From Candidatus Micrarchaeota archaeon (GTDB lineage: Archaea; Micrarchaeota; Micrarchaeia; Micrarchaeales; Micrarchaeaceae), in NCBI GenBank assembly GCA_027345565.1, contig DAHWIF010000008.1, forward strand, positions 1 to 64,000: a DNA stretch of 64,000 bases. Reading direction: 5' to 3'. Below are positions 46,888 to 57,063 of the stretch, in pieces; position 1 is the first letter of the stretch; each line of letters begins with the position of its first letter. The position numbers and the translations under genes are program-made. The notes beneath the pieces are model-generated. The model did no database searches. It was not told where the DNA came from and was given only the letters and a program-made list of their open reading frames with translations.

Positions 46888-47928
46888 ATGGCGCAGGGGA
46901 AACGCAGATTGCGTGGCGCGCGCAGGGCTACGCAGCTCCAGAAACAGGTTACCATAATAGCCCCGCATCAGTACCTTAAAGGGAGCGAGAGCATTCTGAT
47001 AGAGCGGATACTCAACAGGGAAGCATCTGAAAGAGTGCCTGAGAGCGCTGTCCTCTTCACATCGCTGCTTGCAAACCTTACACCAAGCCTGTCCGACTTG
47101 AGCAGAAGGTCGGGGATGCGCGTAGGCAGGCACCTATACTCGATGCTGAGCGATTCGAAAGGATACCTTTTGTATGAGGAATCGATAGGCGACCTTATGA
47201 AGTTCTTCGAAAACGCGGGATACACTGGCGTAACGTACAGCGTATTCCCAGACAGGCTCGACATGCGGATGTACGACAGGTCGAAGGAGTTTCTAGGCAT
47301 CAACCTGCATTCGTTCGAAGCGGGCGTCATATCGGGCTTCGCCACCGCGTCGAGGAAGCAGTATATAGACGTTGCGGAGCGCGCGTGCTCAAACAACGGC
47401 TCTGATTCGTGCGTCTTCTCTTCAAAATATGACGTCTATATGGAAAAGGGGCACGGTGACGCCAAAGCGGCGATACACAGGTTTGTGGAGCACATCGCCA
47501 GGCAGGCCGTCAAAGCTGAGAAGGAGGGCGAATTGCGTGCATCTCCAGAATACCGCAGCCTTGCGATGTCAGCAGTGCTTGAGAGGCCTTATCAGGATGA
47601 GATAAGGCATGTGGCATCGTACATAGGCAGCGGGCTGGCGTCAACGATATTCACTGGCAGGGCAAAAATAGCAGCAAAGACCGCCTCGGCAAGAATTGAA
47701 CGGGTGATAAGGCTGCTCGGTATCGGCAAGGCAAGCGTTAAAAGCCTTAGTCCCATAAGGATTGATGTTTCGTTCGACAGGATGCACTCGAGGAGCGAGT
47801 TTGTCGACCTCTCTATCGCGCTAATTAATGGCCTTCTGAAGAACCATGTCGCCGATGGCGCAACAGTAACAAGAGTGGCCAGGCGTGGCGCGTATCTAAT
47901 GAGGATAAACGGAAAAGCGGCAGAGTGA
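46888..47928 (+). CDS. V4R domain protein
   Basis: FEAGVISG, E..C...G...C.F. Confidence 0.75.
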   Translation: MAQGKRRLRGARRATQLQKQVTIIAPHQYLKGSESILIERILNREASERVPESAVLFTSLLANLTPSLSDLSRRSGMRVGRHLYSMLSDSKGYLLYEESIGDLMKFFENAGYTGVTYSVFPDRLDMRMYDRSKEFLGINLHSFEAGVISGFATASRKQYIDVAERACSNNGSDSCVFSSKYDVYMEKGHGDAKAAIHRFVEHIARQAVKAEKEGELRASPEYRSLAMSAVLERPYQDEIRHVASYIGSGLASTIFTGRAKIAAKTASARIERVIRLLGIGKASVKSLSPIRIDVSFDRMHSRSEFVDLSIALINGLLKNHVADGATVTRVARRGAYLMRINGKAAE

Positions 47929-47939
47929 ACGGTGGGTAG

Positions 47940-49409
47940 ATGGCACTGGAGTTCATGGATAGAATCTCGAGATTCATACCGACGATACGGGGCCCTGCCA
48001 CTCCGCTCTCGCTTAGAGAGAAGATGTACTGGACGGCCGGTATACTCGGAATATACTTCCTGCTCTACAACACCTATGCGATAGGCATCAATCAGCAGGC
48101 GATAACGCAGCCGCTGCTCCAGCTGATAAGCATAATATTCGCTGCGAGGATAGGCAGCGTCATAACAGTAGGGATAGGCCCGATAGTGCTCTCAAGCATA
48201 GTGCTGCAGCTGATTGCCGGTTCTGGGATATTAAAAATGGACATGAACGATACCGCGCAGAGAGCGCGTTTCCAGACCCTGCAGAAGCTGGCTGCTATAG
48301 TCATCGCCGTCGTAGAGTCTGCGATATTCGTGGTGACAGGGTACGTGCCTGCGGCTTCAAGCGCTGTCGTGGGGCTGGTGGTGTTGCAGCTCGCAATAGG
48401 AGCCATAATGATAATCTATCTTGACGAGATGATGACGAAGTACGGCATAACTTCAGGAATAAACGTCTTCATAGCTGCGGGAGTGTCATACGCGATAGTG
48501 GCCGGCACTTTTGGTATATTGATACCGGAGGCGATAGCCGCCGTGCAGGCGGGAGGCGCATCGGCCATACCTAACGCCATGCTCGCATTCGGGCCCCTGT
48601 TCTTCGCGATACTGGTTTTCCTTGTCAGCATATACGCCTATGAGATGAAGATAGAGCTTCCGCTCTCCTTCGAGCAGCTTAGGGGCGTCGGCGGCCGGCT
48701 TCCGATACCGTTCCTATATGTCAGCGTGCTCCCTGTGATCCTGGCATCATCGCTAGAGCTTAGCGCAACGGTATGGCTTCGGTTCCTCGCTAACGTTAAA
48801 GGGTCGCTTGCAGGGCTCGCCAAGTTCTTCGCGCTGTACCAGCCCGTTGGCACTACCGGAGGCGGCACAGCGCTCCAGCTTAATGGCGGCATTGCATATC
48901 TGATATCACCGACATTCCCGCTCCCGTACTCGGCCAACTATGGCGGGATAGGGGGATACAGCACCTATTTCACGTACCTGGCGACGCACTCTACCCAGCT
49001 CTTCCTTCCGTGGGGCGGCTTTGTGCTCGTACCGGAGTGGGTGCATGTGATAGTATATACTGTCGTGCTCGTCATACTATGCATAATCTTCGGAAAGTTC
49101 TGGGTCGAGATGACTGGGCAGAATCCGAAGAGCATATCGGAGCAATTGGGCGACATGGGCTGGCAGATTCCAGGGTTCAGGAGGGATCCAAGGATAGTAG
49201 AGGGCATACTTAATAAGTACATACCTACCATAACCGTGCTTGGCAGCATATTCGTAGGCCTGCTAGCTGCACTTGCGACCCTTACTGGAGCGGTAGGCAC
49301 AGGAATGGGCATACTGCTCACAGTCGGCATAATATACATGCTCTACCAGCAGCTCGAACAGGACAGGCTGTATGAGACATACCCGATATTGGAGAAAATA
49401 GCGAAGTAG
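47940..49409 (+). CDS. secY: protein translocase subunit SecY
   Basis: GIGPIV.SSI, GI.SGI..FIA, IPGFRRDPR, GTG.GILL.V.I. Confidence 0.96.
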   Translation: MALEFMDRISRFIPTIRGPATPLSLREKMYWTAGILGIYFLLYNTYAIGINQQAITQPLLQLISIIFAARIGSVITVGIGPIVLSSIVLQLIAGSGILKMDMNDTAQRARFQTLQKLAAIVIAVVESAIFVVTGYVPAASSAVVGLVVLQLAIGAIMIIYLDEMMTKYGITSGINVFIAAGVSYAIVAGTFGILIPEAIAAVQAGGASAIPNAMLAFGPLFFAILVFLVSIYAYEMKIELPLSFEQLRGVGGRLPIPFLYVSVLPVILASSLELSATVWLRFLANVKGSLAGLAKFFALYQPVGTTGGGTALQLNGGIAYLISPTFPLPYSANYGGIGGYSTYFTYLATHSTQLFLPWGGFVLVPEWVHVIVYTVVLVILCIIFGKFWVEMTGQNPKSISEQLGDMGWQIPGFRRDPRIVEGILNKYIPTITVLGSIFVGLLAALATLTGAVGTGMGILLTVGIIYMLYQQLEQDRLYETYPILEKIAK

Positions 49410-49523
49410 TCAGAGCTCTCCGACCCTCCTCTTCTGCGCCCTCTTCAATCTCTTCCTGCGCTTCTTCTTCCACTTCCAGCGCATTCTTCCCTTCTTCTTC
49501 CATTTCCTAGGTATGCTGCCCAA
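49410..49523 (-). CDS. rpl41e: ribosomal protein eL41/eS32 (missing from the ORF track)
   Basis: TTG start; GSIPRKWKKKGRMRWKWKKKRRKRLKRAQKRR. Confidence 0.85.
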   Translation of the reverse strand: MGSIPRKWKKKGRMRWKWKKKRRKRLKRAQKRRVGEL

Positions 49524-49603
49524 ACGCCAACACCGCTTATCCATGAAACGATAACATATATTAAACTGACGAGATTAAATACCTAGTGTAGCAGGTATCC
49601 AGC

Positions 49604-50668
49604 ATGAAGCGCTTCGCTGTCACAATAATTGTGATCATAATAATAGCGGCCATACTCGCGTATGTAGAGAGTGGATTCCTACTTACGCACCATACCCTAA
49701 CCACATCTGTCACAACGACAGGGACGGTGGCAACAACGATAAGCGGTGTGCCAGTCACAACAAGCATAAACAGGGGGACCTTATACGACTGCTATTCATA
49801 CACGTTGTCTGTGAACAAGACAAACAACACAACGCTGGCCCACTGCCTGCTTACCACCAATTCAATAGGCATATGGGCCGCGGCTGGCGATGCGAATACC
49901 GCACATCTCCTTGTGGTCGGGGCAAACAACGGAACGTACGTCAACCAGACAATAGACTACAACTGCACAACCTTCCTGACAGAGCTTACCGGACCAAAGC
50001 AGGTATACAATATAACGTTCACAACTGGAGCGGGCGGAGGAAGCTGTGGCCCATCCATGCTCGTATTCAACTCGACTACATCCCCTCCTCAGAAGGCGTA
50101 CAATTTCGTATATAACGGCAACTTCTCCAACGGCCAGTACTCCGGATGGAACGCATCTGGAGCCGGGTTCGGCACAAAGCCGTTCAACATCACGTATGCG
50201 AACAACGCAATAGTAAAGTGCTATCTCAGCTCGCCGTGGAACAGCTCGCCCGGGCCGTATGTGGCCAGCACATACAGGTGCGGCACGCAGACCGCGCCAG
50301 GCAACCTTACATCTTCGCCGTTTGTCGTCAACAAGCCGTTCCTGAACTTCAAGATAGTGAGCAACCCGCACGGTAACATATACGTTGAGATACTGAACAA
50401 TGGCAGCCCGGCCATACTGGCGGCTTACAACACGTTCAACCTCTCTCTCCCCAACTCGACAATAAAGAACAAGAATGTCACTACATCGATATTCAGAAAT
50501 GCGACAATACCGCTGACAACCGTAGCAGGCAAGGTGGTGAGGATAAGGCTTGTGTCTAGCTCGGTAGGCACCCAATACTTCATGCTTGCTGGAGGGTTCC
50601 ACCTTTCTGACACGCCGAACCAGCAGCGCGGCATACTGATCAACCTGACAATTTACAACTCCACTTGA
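49604..50668 (+). CDS. secreted/surface glycoprotein with beta-sandwich domain
   Basis: TM helix, T-rich linker, NGNFSNG..SGW motif. Confidence 0.72.
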   Translation: MKRFAVTIIVIIIIAAILAYVESGFLLTHHTLTTSVTTTGTVATTISGVPVTTSINRGTLYDCYSYTLSVNKTNNTTLAHCLLTTNSIGIWAAAGDANTAHLLVVGANNGTYVNQTIDYNCTTFLTELTGPKQVYNITFTTGAGGGSCGPSMLVFNSTTSPPQKAYNFVYNGNFSNGQYSGWNASGAGFGTKPFNITYANNAIVKCYLSSPWNSSPGPYVASTYRCGTQTAPGNLTSSPFVVNKPFLNFKIVSNPHGNIYVEILNNGSPAILAAYNTFNLSLPNSTIKNKNVTTSIFRNATIPLTTVAGKVVRIRLVSSSVGTQYFMLAGGFHLSDTPNQQRGILINLTIYNST

Positions 50669-50702
50669 GTAGCACATCCAGCTCGCGGTGCGCATGTACG
50701 AG

Positions 50703-51215
50703 CTATTCCTTCTTCTCCTTCTTCTCGATGAGGCGTCTGCCTATCTCCTCCCTATTCTTCAGGTTCTCCATTATGGTCTGCAGGTCTTCTGGTTTCAGCA
50801 CCTTTTCCAGTATGTACCGTGAGTAATCGGTCGAGAACTGCGACACGTCCAACAGCGCCGATTGGAGGTCCCAGACGTTTACGTGCAGGTCCTTATGCGG
50901 CTTAAGGACCTCGACGCCTATAGGCGCATACTTGAACGCTATTATGATGAGGTTCCTGAAGCTCTCGAACAGGACGTGCACTGCCGCGCTTGTTATATAG
51001 TACTTATCATGCTTTATCGGCTCCTCTATGGCGCCGTAGCAGTAGACGACTCCGGGCTCCTTGAGCAGGCGTTCGTTTATTAGATCTACGAGCAGGGGCT
51101 GCAGCTTGTCCTTCTCTTCGCTCTGCATATCGAAGTAGAATTTGACCAGTATGCCTCCCTTTGCCACCTTCTCTTCAGTCACTCTCTCGAGCTCCGATTT
51201 TGCCATCTTTATCAC
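50703..51215 (-). CDS. hypothetical protein
   Basis: Coupled to hisS; KYAP..VEVL.P. Confidence 0.75.
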   Translation of the reverse strand: MIKMAKSELERVTEEKVAKGGILVKFYFDMQSEEKDKLQPLLVDLINERLLKEPGVVYCYGAIEEPIKHDKYYITSAAVHVLFESFRNLIIIAFKYAPIGVEVLKPHKDLHVNVWDLQSALLDVSQFSTDYSRYILEKVLKPEDLQTIMENLKNREEIGRRLIEKKEKKE

Positions 51216-52477
51216 TTACTCATCGCGGCGAGCGCCTCTTCTGGTGCCAGCACCGACTCATCGCCGCTTACCAGATTCCTAAGCTTCAGCTTGCCAGCCT
51301 GCTCCTCAACGTCGCCTATGATAGCGGCATATCCGAACTTGAGCGAATTCGCATAAGACAACTGGTTCGATATGTTTCTTGTCGATAGGTTTATATCTGT
51401 AGCTATACCTTTGTCGCGGAACCAGTTCGCAACCTTCAGCGCATACTTGTAGTTTGACTCCTTGACGTTTATTACGAATAGCTTTGAGTATGTCTGCTTT
51501 GGGGACTCTGAAAATCCCATCATGTCAAGCAGCCTGTCTATCCCTATGGATGCGCCTGTCGCTGGCAGGCTCTTCCCAGAGTAGAGGCCGATGAGCTTGT
51601 CGTACCTTCCGCCTGCTCCCAGCGCGCTCTTCTCGCCTTCGGTGCTCGCAATCTCCATCACCATGCCGGTGTAGTAATCAAAGCCCCGCACGGCTGAGAA
51701 GTCGAGCTTTATTGCTCCATTTATGCCGTAAGACTCGGCGAGCGCTATGGTGGACCTGAGCTCATCAACCGATCCGCTCTTCGAGGCCGTAGCCGCAAAA
51801 TCGAGTTTCTCATCGTTAGTTCCTTGCATGTTTATCAGGTCGTCTATCCTGCTTATCTGGTCCCTGTTCAGGCCGATCGATTCCAGCAGGTCCACCACCT
51901 TGTCCCTGCCAAGCTTGTCCAGCTTGTCGATGGCCCTGAGCACCTCCATGAACTGCTCGCTTTTTACGCCGAATGAAGTGATCAGAGAATCCATCATCGC
52001 ACGGTTGTTTATCCTTATAAAATATGATATGCCGATCTCATCAAGGGCCTTCGCTACGGTGGATATCACCTCCGCATCAGCGTAGACGGTATCGCCACCG
52101 ACTATGTCGACGTCAGCTTGCGTAAATTCGCGGTAGCGCAGTCTCTGCGGCTCCTCGCGCCTCCACGCCTTGCCTATCATGTATCTCTTGAACGGCAGAG
52201 GCAGGCCCTGATGCATGGCTATGTACCGCGCTAGCGATACGGTGAAGTCATACCTAAGTGCGAGGTCGTCGTTCTTTGTCTCGAAGATGAGCTTGGTGTC
52301 CTCGCCTATCCCACCTTTTGCCTTGAGCACCTTCACAGACTCGAGAGTGGGCGTATCTATCGTAAGGAAGCCGTATCTCTGGAAGACGCTCTCTACTTTT
52401 TTCAGGAGCTCGTTCCTGAAGAGCGCCTCATTAGGCAGAAGGTCTCTCATCCCTCTTGGGAATGGTACATCAGGCAT
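51212..52477 (-). CDS. hisS: histidyl-tRNA synthetase
   Basis: PRGMRD, LRYDFT, REFTQ.D.D, RGFDYYTG, GGRYD. Confidence 0.96.
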   Translation of the reverse strand: MPDVPFPRGMRDLLPNEALFRNELLKKVESVFQRYGFLTIDTPTLESVKVLKAKGGIGEDTKLIFETKNDDLALRYDFTVSLARYIAMHQGLPLPFKRYMIGKAWRREEPQRLRYREFTQADVDIVGGDTVYADAEVISTVAKALDEIGISYFIRINNRAMMDSLITSFGVKSEQFMEVLRAIDKLDKLGRDKVVDLLESIGLNRDQISRIDDLINMQGTNDEKLDFAATASKSGSVDELRSTIALAESYGINGAIKLDFSAVRGFDYYTGMVMEIASTEGEKSALGAGGRYDKLIGLYSGKSLPATGASIGIDRLLDMMGFSESPKQTYSKLFVINVKESNYKYALKVANWFRDKGIATDINLSTRNISNQLSYANSLKFGYAAIIGDVEEQAGKLKLRNLVSGDESVLAPEEALAAMSK

Positions 52478-52698
52478 AACCATCAACTCCGCATCCATCA
52501 GGATACTCATATTCATCTATACTGGTTTTAATAGATATGCCATAGGCTGGCATGAGGAATAGCAATTCGCAAGAGGATATGGCCTTGGCTAGCATCAGGC
52601 GCCCTCCTGGCGCGCTGCGTGTTGGCTAGCCATCACTCTCACTTCTTATTAATACACCGATCAAGATATTAAAGTCTTCTGTGCAAGCGTTCTAGAAG

Positions 52699-53019
52699 TC
52701 ACAGGTTCTTATCAATCCACTTCTTAAGCGCTTCCTTTGGGATCGCCCCGACATTCATCGCCTTAAGCTCGCCCGCCTTTATCAAAAGCGTAGTAGGTAT
52801 GCTCATTATGTTGTACTTCTTGGTTATGGCCTCATTCGAATCCGCATCGACCTTCACGAATTTTACCTTTCCCTCGTAATCCGAGGAAAGCTCCTCGAAT
52901 ATGGGACTGAATAGGCGGCAGGGCCCGCACCAGGACGCCCATATGTCTATTACAGCAGGTATCTTCGATTTCATCACTTCCTCATCGAAGGTCGAGTCCG
53001 TCACGTCGGTTACGCTCAT
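52699..53019 (-). CDS. trxA: thioredoxin
   Basis: WCGPC, SIPT. Confidence 0.96.
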   Translation of the reverse strand: MSVTDVTDSTFDEEVMKSKIPAVIDIWASWCGPCRLFSPIFEELSSDYEGKVKFVKVDADSNEAITKKYNIMSIPTTLLIKAGELKAMNVGAIPKEALKKWIDKNL

Positions 53020-53177
53020 TCATTCACCACAATAGATACCAATTCAGCTGTTAAAGATTAAAAAGGTGCGTGTTATGCCATGGTAACCTTTTTATTGCTT
53101 GCAAGCCAGAATAGCACAATGATGATAATGCACTACGCTGAGCCCATGGCTGTGAAGACGATCTTGAGTGCTGAACC

Positions 53178-53405
53178 ATGCGGGATGGTGCATTGACAAG
53201 AATACCTAAAATTGCAATAAAGAGGATAATAAGCAGGAGGGGATCTGTGAGGCTGACGGACAAGGCAGCCGAATCACTCTCTACGATATTGGAGAGCAAG
53301 GCGAGGAAGATAGCCAAGTACGCGGCGGCACAGGCTAAGAAGAACGGTAGAAAGACGGTGCTCAAGGAGGACATAGACTCGTACAGACTGAGGTTCGGCG
53401 ATTGA
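53178..53405 (+). CDS. archaeal histone
   Basis: P..AIKRI, A...GRKTV..EDI. Confidence 0.9.
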   Translation: MRDGALTRIPKIAIKRIISRRGSVRLTDKAAESLSTILESKARKIAKYAAAQAKKNGRKTVLKEDIDSYRLRFGD

Positions 53406-53939
53406 GTGAAGGTTGGAATGGCGATTAGCGGCACGGGGAGGGTGCGGATAGATTACGATGATTGCGGCGCAAGGAGTACCGTGCTCTTCGAGCCTGTCGG
53501 AGATAACGTGCTGGAGAGCAGATTCGACAAGACCGGAAGCATAACTAATCAGAGGCTTATTGGCATCAAGGACACGCGTAGGGCTGCGGAAGATTTCGTT
53601 GTCGGAATTGGCGCGGACGTTGAGATGCAGCAGTACAGGGAGGTGACGTTGCAGAAGGAATGTCCGAAGTGCGGGAATATGCCCCTCTCCAGGTATATTG
53701 ATACGCTTCAATCAACTGCCAAAGCGCCGGTCATGCCGCTGTACCTGTGCGGGAGATGCAACACCAAGAGCTACTACCTTACCGATGAGTACTTGGGGAA
53801 CCTTGTTCGCGACAACAAGGCCCTGTTCAACGCCTCTGAGCTCTCAGAGTTGGGCAGGGACGAGAAAACGTTCATGGAGGAGCTGAGAGCATACATAATA
53901 AGAATATTTGCATCTCAAAGGATTATGAATATCAAGTGA
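53406..53939 (+). CDS. hypothetical Zn-ribbon protein
   Basis: CPKCG and CGRC; start uncertain. Confidence 0.65.
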   Translation: MKVGMAISGTGRVRIDYDDCGARSTVLFEPVGDNVLESRFDKTGSITNQRLIGIKDTRRAAEDFVVGIGADVEMQQYREVTLQKECPKCGNMPLSRYIDTLQSTAKAPVMPLYLCGRCNTKSYYLTDEYLGNLVRDNKALFNASELSELGRDEKTFMEELRAYIIRIFASQRIMNIK

Positions 53940-53943
53940 TGGA

Positions 53944-54183
53944 ATGGCTATTCTGCTTTCTGAACTATACGGCAAAGAGATTATAACGAACGAGGGAAAG
54001 AAGATAGGTATGGTAGAGGATGCTATACTGGATTTTGAGAACGGCAAGGTGGCCAACCTTCTTCTGATAAAGGCGGAGCAGCTCACGAGGAGCGACAACA
54101 CTGCGATGCTGCTTGCGAAGAACAGCGTAAAGTACGAGCGTGTAAAGAACGTATCAGAGAGCATAATAGTGGGCAGCAAGTAG
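53944..54183 (+). CDS. PRC-barrel protein (CdpB-like)
   Basis: LSELYGKEIITNEG..IG.V.D. Confidence 0.88.
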   Translation: MAILLSELYGKEIITNEGKKIGMVEDAILDFENGKVANLLLIKAEQLTRSDNTAMLLAKNSVKYERVKNVSESIIVGSK

Positions 54184-54315
54184 CTAGTCGGTCTTCACCT
54201 CTCTTGAGAGGTTCGGCCTGCTCTTCACTATCACCCTTGAGCCGCAGTACTGGCACCTTATGAAATTGTCAAGCTGCTTTATCTTCTTCCCGCAGTGCAC
54301 GCAAACGTATGCCAT
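54184..54315 (-). CDS. rpo12: RNA polymerase subunit Rpo12 (RpoP), missing from the ORF track
   Basis: MAYVCVHCGK...IRCQYCGSRVIVKSRP. Confidence 0.92.
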   Translation of the reverse strand: MAYVCVHCGKKIKQLDNFIRCQYCGSRVIVKSRPNLSREVKTD

Positions 54316-54319
54316 GATA

Positions 54320-54676
54320 TCATCTCTTTTTCTTTAGCCAGCCCACAAAATCGTTGTGTATCTGCGATGCTGCGGTGTCTATCACCCTGATGGTCATCTT
54401 GCCGCCGTAGTGCTCGTCGTCCAGCTCCAGCACTGGCTTGTATTCCTTCATCTCGGTATAGTGCACCTCCATCCAGTGGATCTTCCCCTTAAAGTAGTCC
54501 TTCATTATGTCGTCCCCCATCGGCGCGGAAGCGAAGCTGAAAAGCACGCCTGAGCACCAGTAGAGCGGCAGCGTGACGCCCGGGGTTATCCTCTCCCTTA
54601 TGAGATCCTCCAGCGGGACCTTCGCCACATCGTGCACAACCAGCGTGTGTATTGGTTCGTAAGATATCTCTACCAT
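54320..54676 (-). CDS. conserved hypothetical protein
   Basis: Between eL43 and rpo12; ISYEP, LYWC.GV.F. Confidence 0.75.
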   Translation of the reverse strand: MVEISYEPIHTLVVHDVAKVPLEDLIRERITPGVTLPLYWCSGVLFSFASAPMGDDIMKDYFKGKIHWMEVHYTEMKEYKPVLELDDEHYGGKMTIRVIDTAASQIHNDFVGWLKKKR

Positions 54677-54918
54677 TATCTCCTCCTAGCATAATCAGAG
54701 ACGAGCCTTCTCGCAACCTCTCCTGCTGCTGTTGTCATAGTATAGGCGCCTCCTGCGTACGTCGCCCCGCAGTGCCTGCACCTCCATATGCTCGTGCCTA
54801 TCCTCTTGACGGCATCCCTGCCGCACATCTCGCACTTGTACAGCGCGCGCTTCTGCTGCTTTACCGCTGCGTGTCTCTTCCTTACCCTCGCCCCGTATCT
54901 TATGCTTGCGTTTGCCAT
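54676..54918 (-). CDS. rpl37ae: 50S ribosomal protein eL43 (L37ae)
   Basis: RYG...RK, VKR....IW.C..CG...AGGAY. Confidence 0.95.
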   Translation of the reverse strand: MANASIRYGARVRKRHAAVKQQKRALYKCEMCGRDAVKRIGTSIWRCRHCGATYAGGAYTMTTAAGEVARRLVSDYARRR

Positions 54919-54922
54919 GTTA

Positions 54923-55702
54923 TCATGCGCCCATTACGTGCCTCTTGAGCTCATCGTGCTTCTTCATCGCCATTTCAGCCATCTCCTCTACCTCTTTAAC
55001 GGAGAAACTGCCGCCCAGACCCTTCTGCATCGCGCGTATGAACTTGCCGTCAGTGGCTACTGTCAGCCTCGCTGAGGCCGCATTCTCCTCGTTTCCGCTC
55101 GGATCGAGCAGCATCCCGCCGTTTATCTTGGTGAACGTTGCCGATGTCACGATATTATCTATCTTAAGCTCTTTAACCCTTTTCTCCCTCACCTCTGCCC
55201 CGTTCTCATACTCTGGCATCTTGGTGCAGGCGAGCGCGCTCATCGCAGCAAGGCAGCTCGCATCGAAAAGGTTGCCATCGTAGTTCAATACATAGATGTC
55301 GACATAGACATTCCACGCCTTGCCCTCCTCTATGAAAAGGCTGGCCATATCGACGCATTTGCCTGCGCGTATGCCCCTGTCCACGACCCTGGCCAACTCT
55401 ATCGAGCTTGGGCTGGGCGGTCCGGCCTCATACTCTGCAGATGCGAGCGGAAGCAACTCCGCCGACATCGCGAGCGTGCCCTCATTCGGGGTGTCCGACA
55501 TCGGCTCTCCGAGAATTACCTTGACGCCTGCGAGGACCCTGGTGTTGCCAAGGTCAACCTGAGCAGATCCTTCCGCATTTTCTATAACGTTCTTGGCCAC
55601 CTTTATGCTCCTGAAGTCGGAGACTTTCCTTGAGTCCTCCCTGAGGCCCTTGGATAACAGCTCCTTTATGTACCCGCTCTTTATATCTCCTATAGCTTCC
55701 AT
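54923..55702 (-). CDS. rrp42: exosome subunit Rrp42
   Basis: AEGSA.V.LG.T.V.AGVK, IELARVVDRGIR. Confidence 0.95.
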   Translation of the reverse strand: MEAIGDIKSGYIKELLSKGLREDSRKVSDFRSIKVAKNVIENAEGSAQVDLGNTRVLAGVKVILGEPMSDTPNEGTLAMSAELLPLASAEYEAGPPSPSSIELARVVDRGIRAGKCVDMASLFIEEGKAWNVYVDIYVLNYDGNLFDASCLAAMSALACTKMPEYENGAEVREKRVKELKIDNIVTSATFTKINGGMLLDPSGNEENAASARLTVATDGKFIRAMQKGLGGSFSVKEVEEMAEMAMKKHDELKRHVMGA

Positions 55703-56449
55703 TCAAACACTCTCGTATTTCTCCGCTACCCTTGTATAGACGCTGCGGAGCGCATCTCTCTGCACCTTGCTGATCGTCTTGCCGGACGCTATCGCCATCT
55801 CCATGGCCCTGTGCAGCTCCTCTGCTGTGTACTCGCCGTCCATCTGAAGCAGCAGTATGTTATTGTTCCTGGGCGATATCGCCATCGGCATGTCAGAGTC
55901 AGAGTAATTGTCCTCCTTCATGTTGAGGTCCAATATAAGGTGCTCCCCGATCTTTCCGACAGACACGGCGTATATCAGGTCCTTCATGTGTATGCCAGCT
56001 CCTGCAAGCGCCACGGCCGCCGCGGTTATGCCGGCCGCTCTTGTGCCTCCGTCGCTCTGGAGTATCTCTATGAATATGTTTATCATGCTTCCGGGAAACT
56101 CGTTCAGCAGAACTACGTTCTCGAAAGCCTCCTTCGTCACTTTCGATATCTCGATTGCACGCCTGTTCGGGCCGGTCCTTCCGTGGTCCTCTAGGGACGA
56201 GAAAGGCGCCATCTGGTACCTGCATTTTATTATAGCTCTAGTAGGGTCTGCCATGTGCTTCGGCTGCGTCTCTGTGGGCCCGTATACAGCTGCGAGCACC
56301 TTGTTCCTGCCCCACTCCAAGTATGCTGATCCATCAGCGTTCTTCAGCACGTCAGCCTCGATCTTCAACGGGCGCAGCTCGTCCATTGCGCGGCCGTCAA
56401 GCCGCTTCCCATCTACAATCAAATCCGGTCTGTTAGCCTTTGATGCCAT
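55703..56449 (-). CDS. rrp41: exosome subunit Rrp41
   Basis: RLDGR..DELRP, ADGSAY.EWG, DGGTR. Confidence 0.95.
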   Translation of the reverse strand: MASKANRPDLIVDGKRLDGRAMDELRPLKIEADVLKNADGSAYLEWGRNKVLAAVYGPTETQPKHMADPTRAIIKCRYQMAPFSSLEDHGRTGPNRRAIEISKVTKEAFENVVLLNEFPGSMINIFIEILQSDGGTRAAGITAAAVALAGAGIHMKDLIYAVSVGKIGEHLILDLNMKEDNYSDSDMPMAISPRNNNILLLQMDGEYTAEELHRAMEMAIASGKTISKVQRDALRSVYTRVAEKYESV

Positions 56450-56453
56450 ATAT

Positions 56454-57059
56454 TCACCTTGATCCGTTTTCCATAAGTTTCTTTATGCGTTCCGTAAGGC
56501 CTGGCACGTGCGCCTCTTCCTGCACTGTCAGTATCGCCTTTGTGGCAAGCGCTATGTCTCCTCCCTTTAACCATATCATGCCGTTCTTGCCAACCACGAT
56601 GTTGCTTTTCGCCTTATCCGCTATCTGCTTTATCATCGTATTGTCCCGGCCTATTATCCTCGGTATCTTCGCCGGCTTTACGCTGACGAGCGTGCCACCG
56701 GAGAGCAGCCTGGGATAACTCAGTATTATGGTGCGCCTCTCCTCTATATCCTTAACTGTCGCCTCCACGACATCTCCGACCTTGAACGAGAACCTCTCGA
56801 ACTTGCCGCCTATTATTATGCTCCTTCCGTGGAACTTCAGGTCCACCTCGTACACGCTATTTTTCGCGGATGTGACTATGCCTACGACAGTGTCTTCTAT
56901 GCGGGGGCTCCACACGCTCTCCAGCGGGACTATGGAGAGCGGCTCCCTCTCGATCATGCCAAGCACCATCGAATAGGTCTTCCCATCTTCGATATATGTG
57001 TAGTTGCTCCTGACTGGCTTGTCAGAGACAAGGTCGCCTGGCAATATAATCTCATTCAT
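56454..57059 (-). CDS. rrp4: exosome RNA-binding subunit Rrp4
   Basis: S1+KH, KIPRIIG, VGKNG.IW. Confidence 0.92.
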   Translation of the reverse strand: MNEIILPGDLVSDKPVRSNYTYIEDGKTYSMVLGMIEREPLSIVPLESVWSPRIEDTVVGIVTSAKNSVYEVDLKFHGRSIIIGGKFERFSFKVGDVVEATVKDIEERRTIILSYPRLLSGGTLVSVKPAKIPRIIGRDNTMIKQIADKAKSNIVVGKNGMIWLKGGDIALATKAILTVQEEAHVPGLTERIKKLMENGSR

Positions 57060-57063
57060 CGTA

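Noticed and set aside
49318-49503. Glu-rich 61-aa ORF in the ORF track
   Set aside because: Alternative frame of the eL41 gene
52560-52640. Hairpin GGCTAGC/GCTAGCC with GTGATGG...CTGATG upstream of hisS (fluoride riboswitch, C/D RNA or leader peptide)
   Set aside because: P1 and C'/D' boxes do not fit, the downstream gene is unrelated, and there is only one His codon
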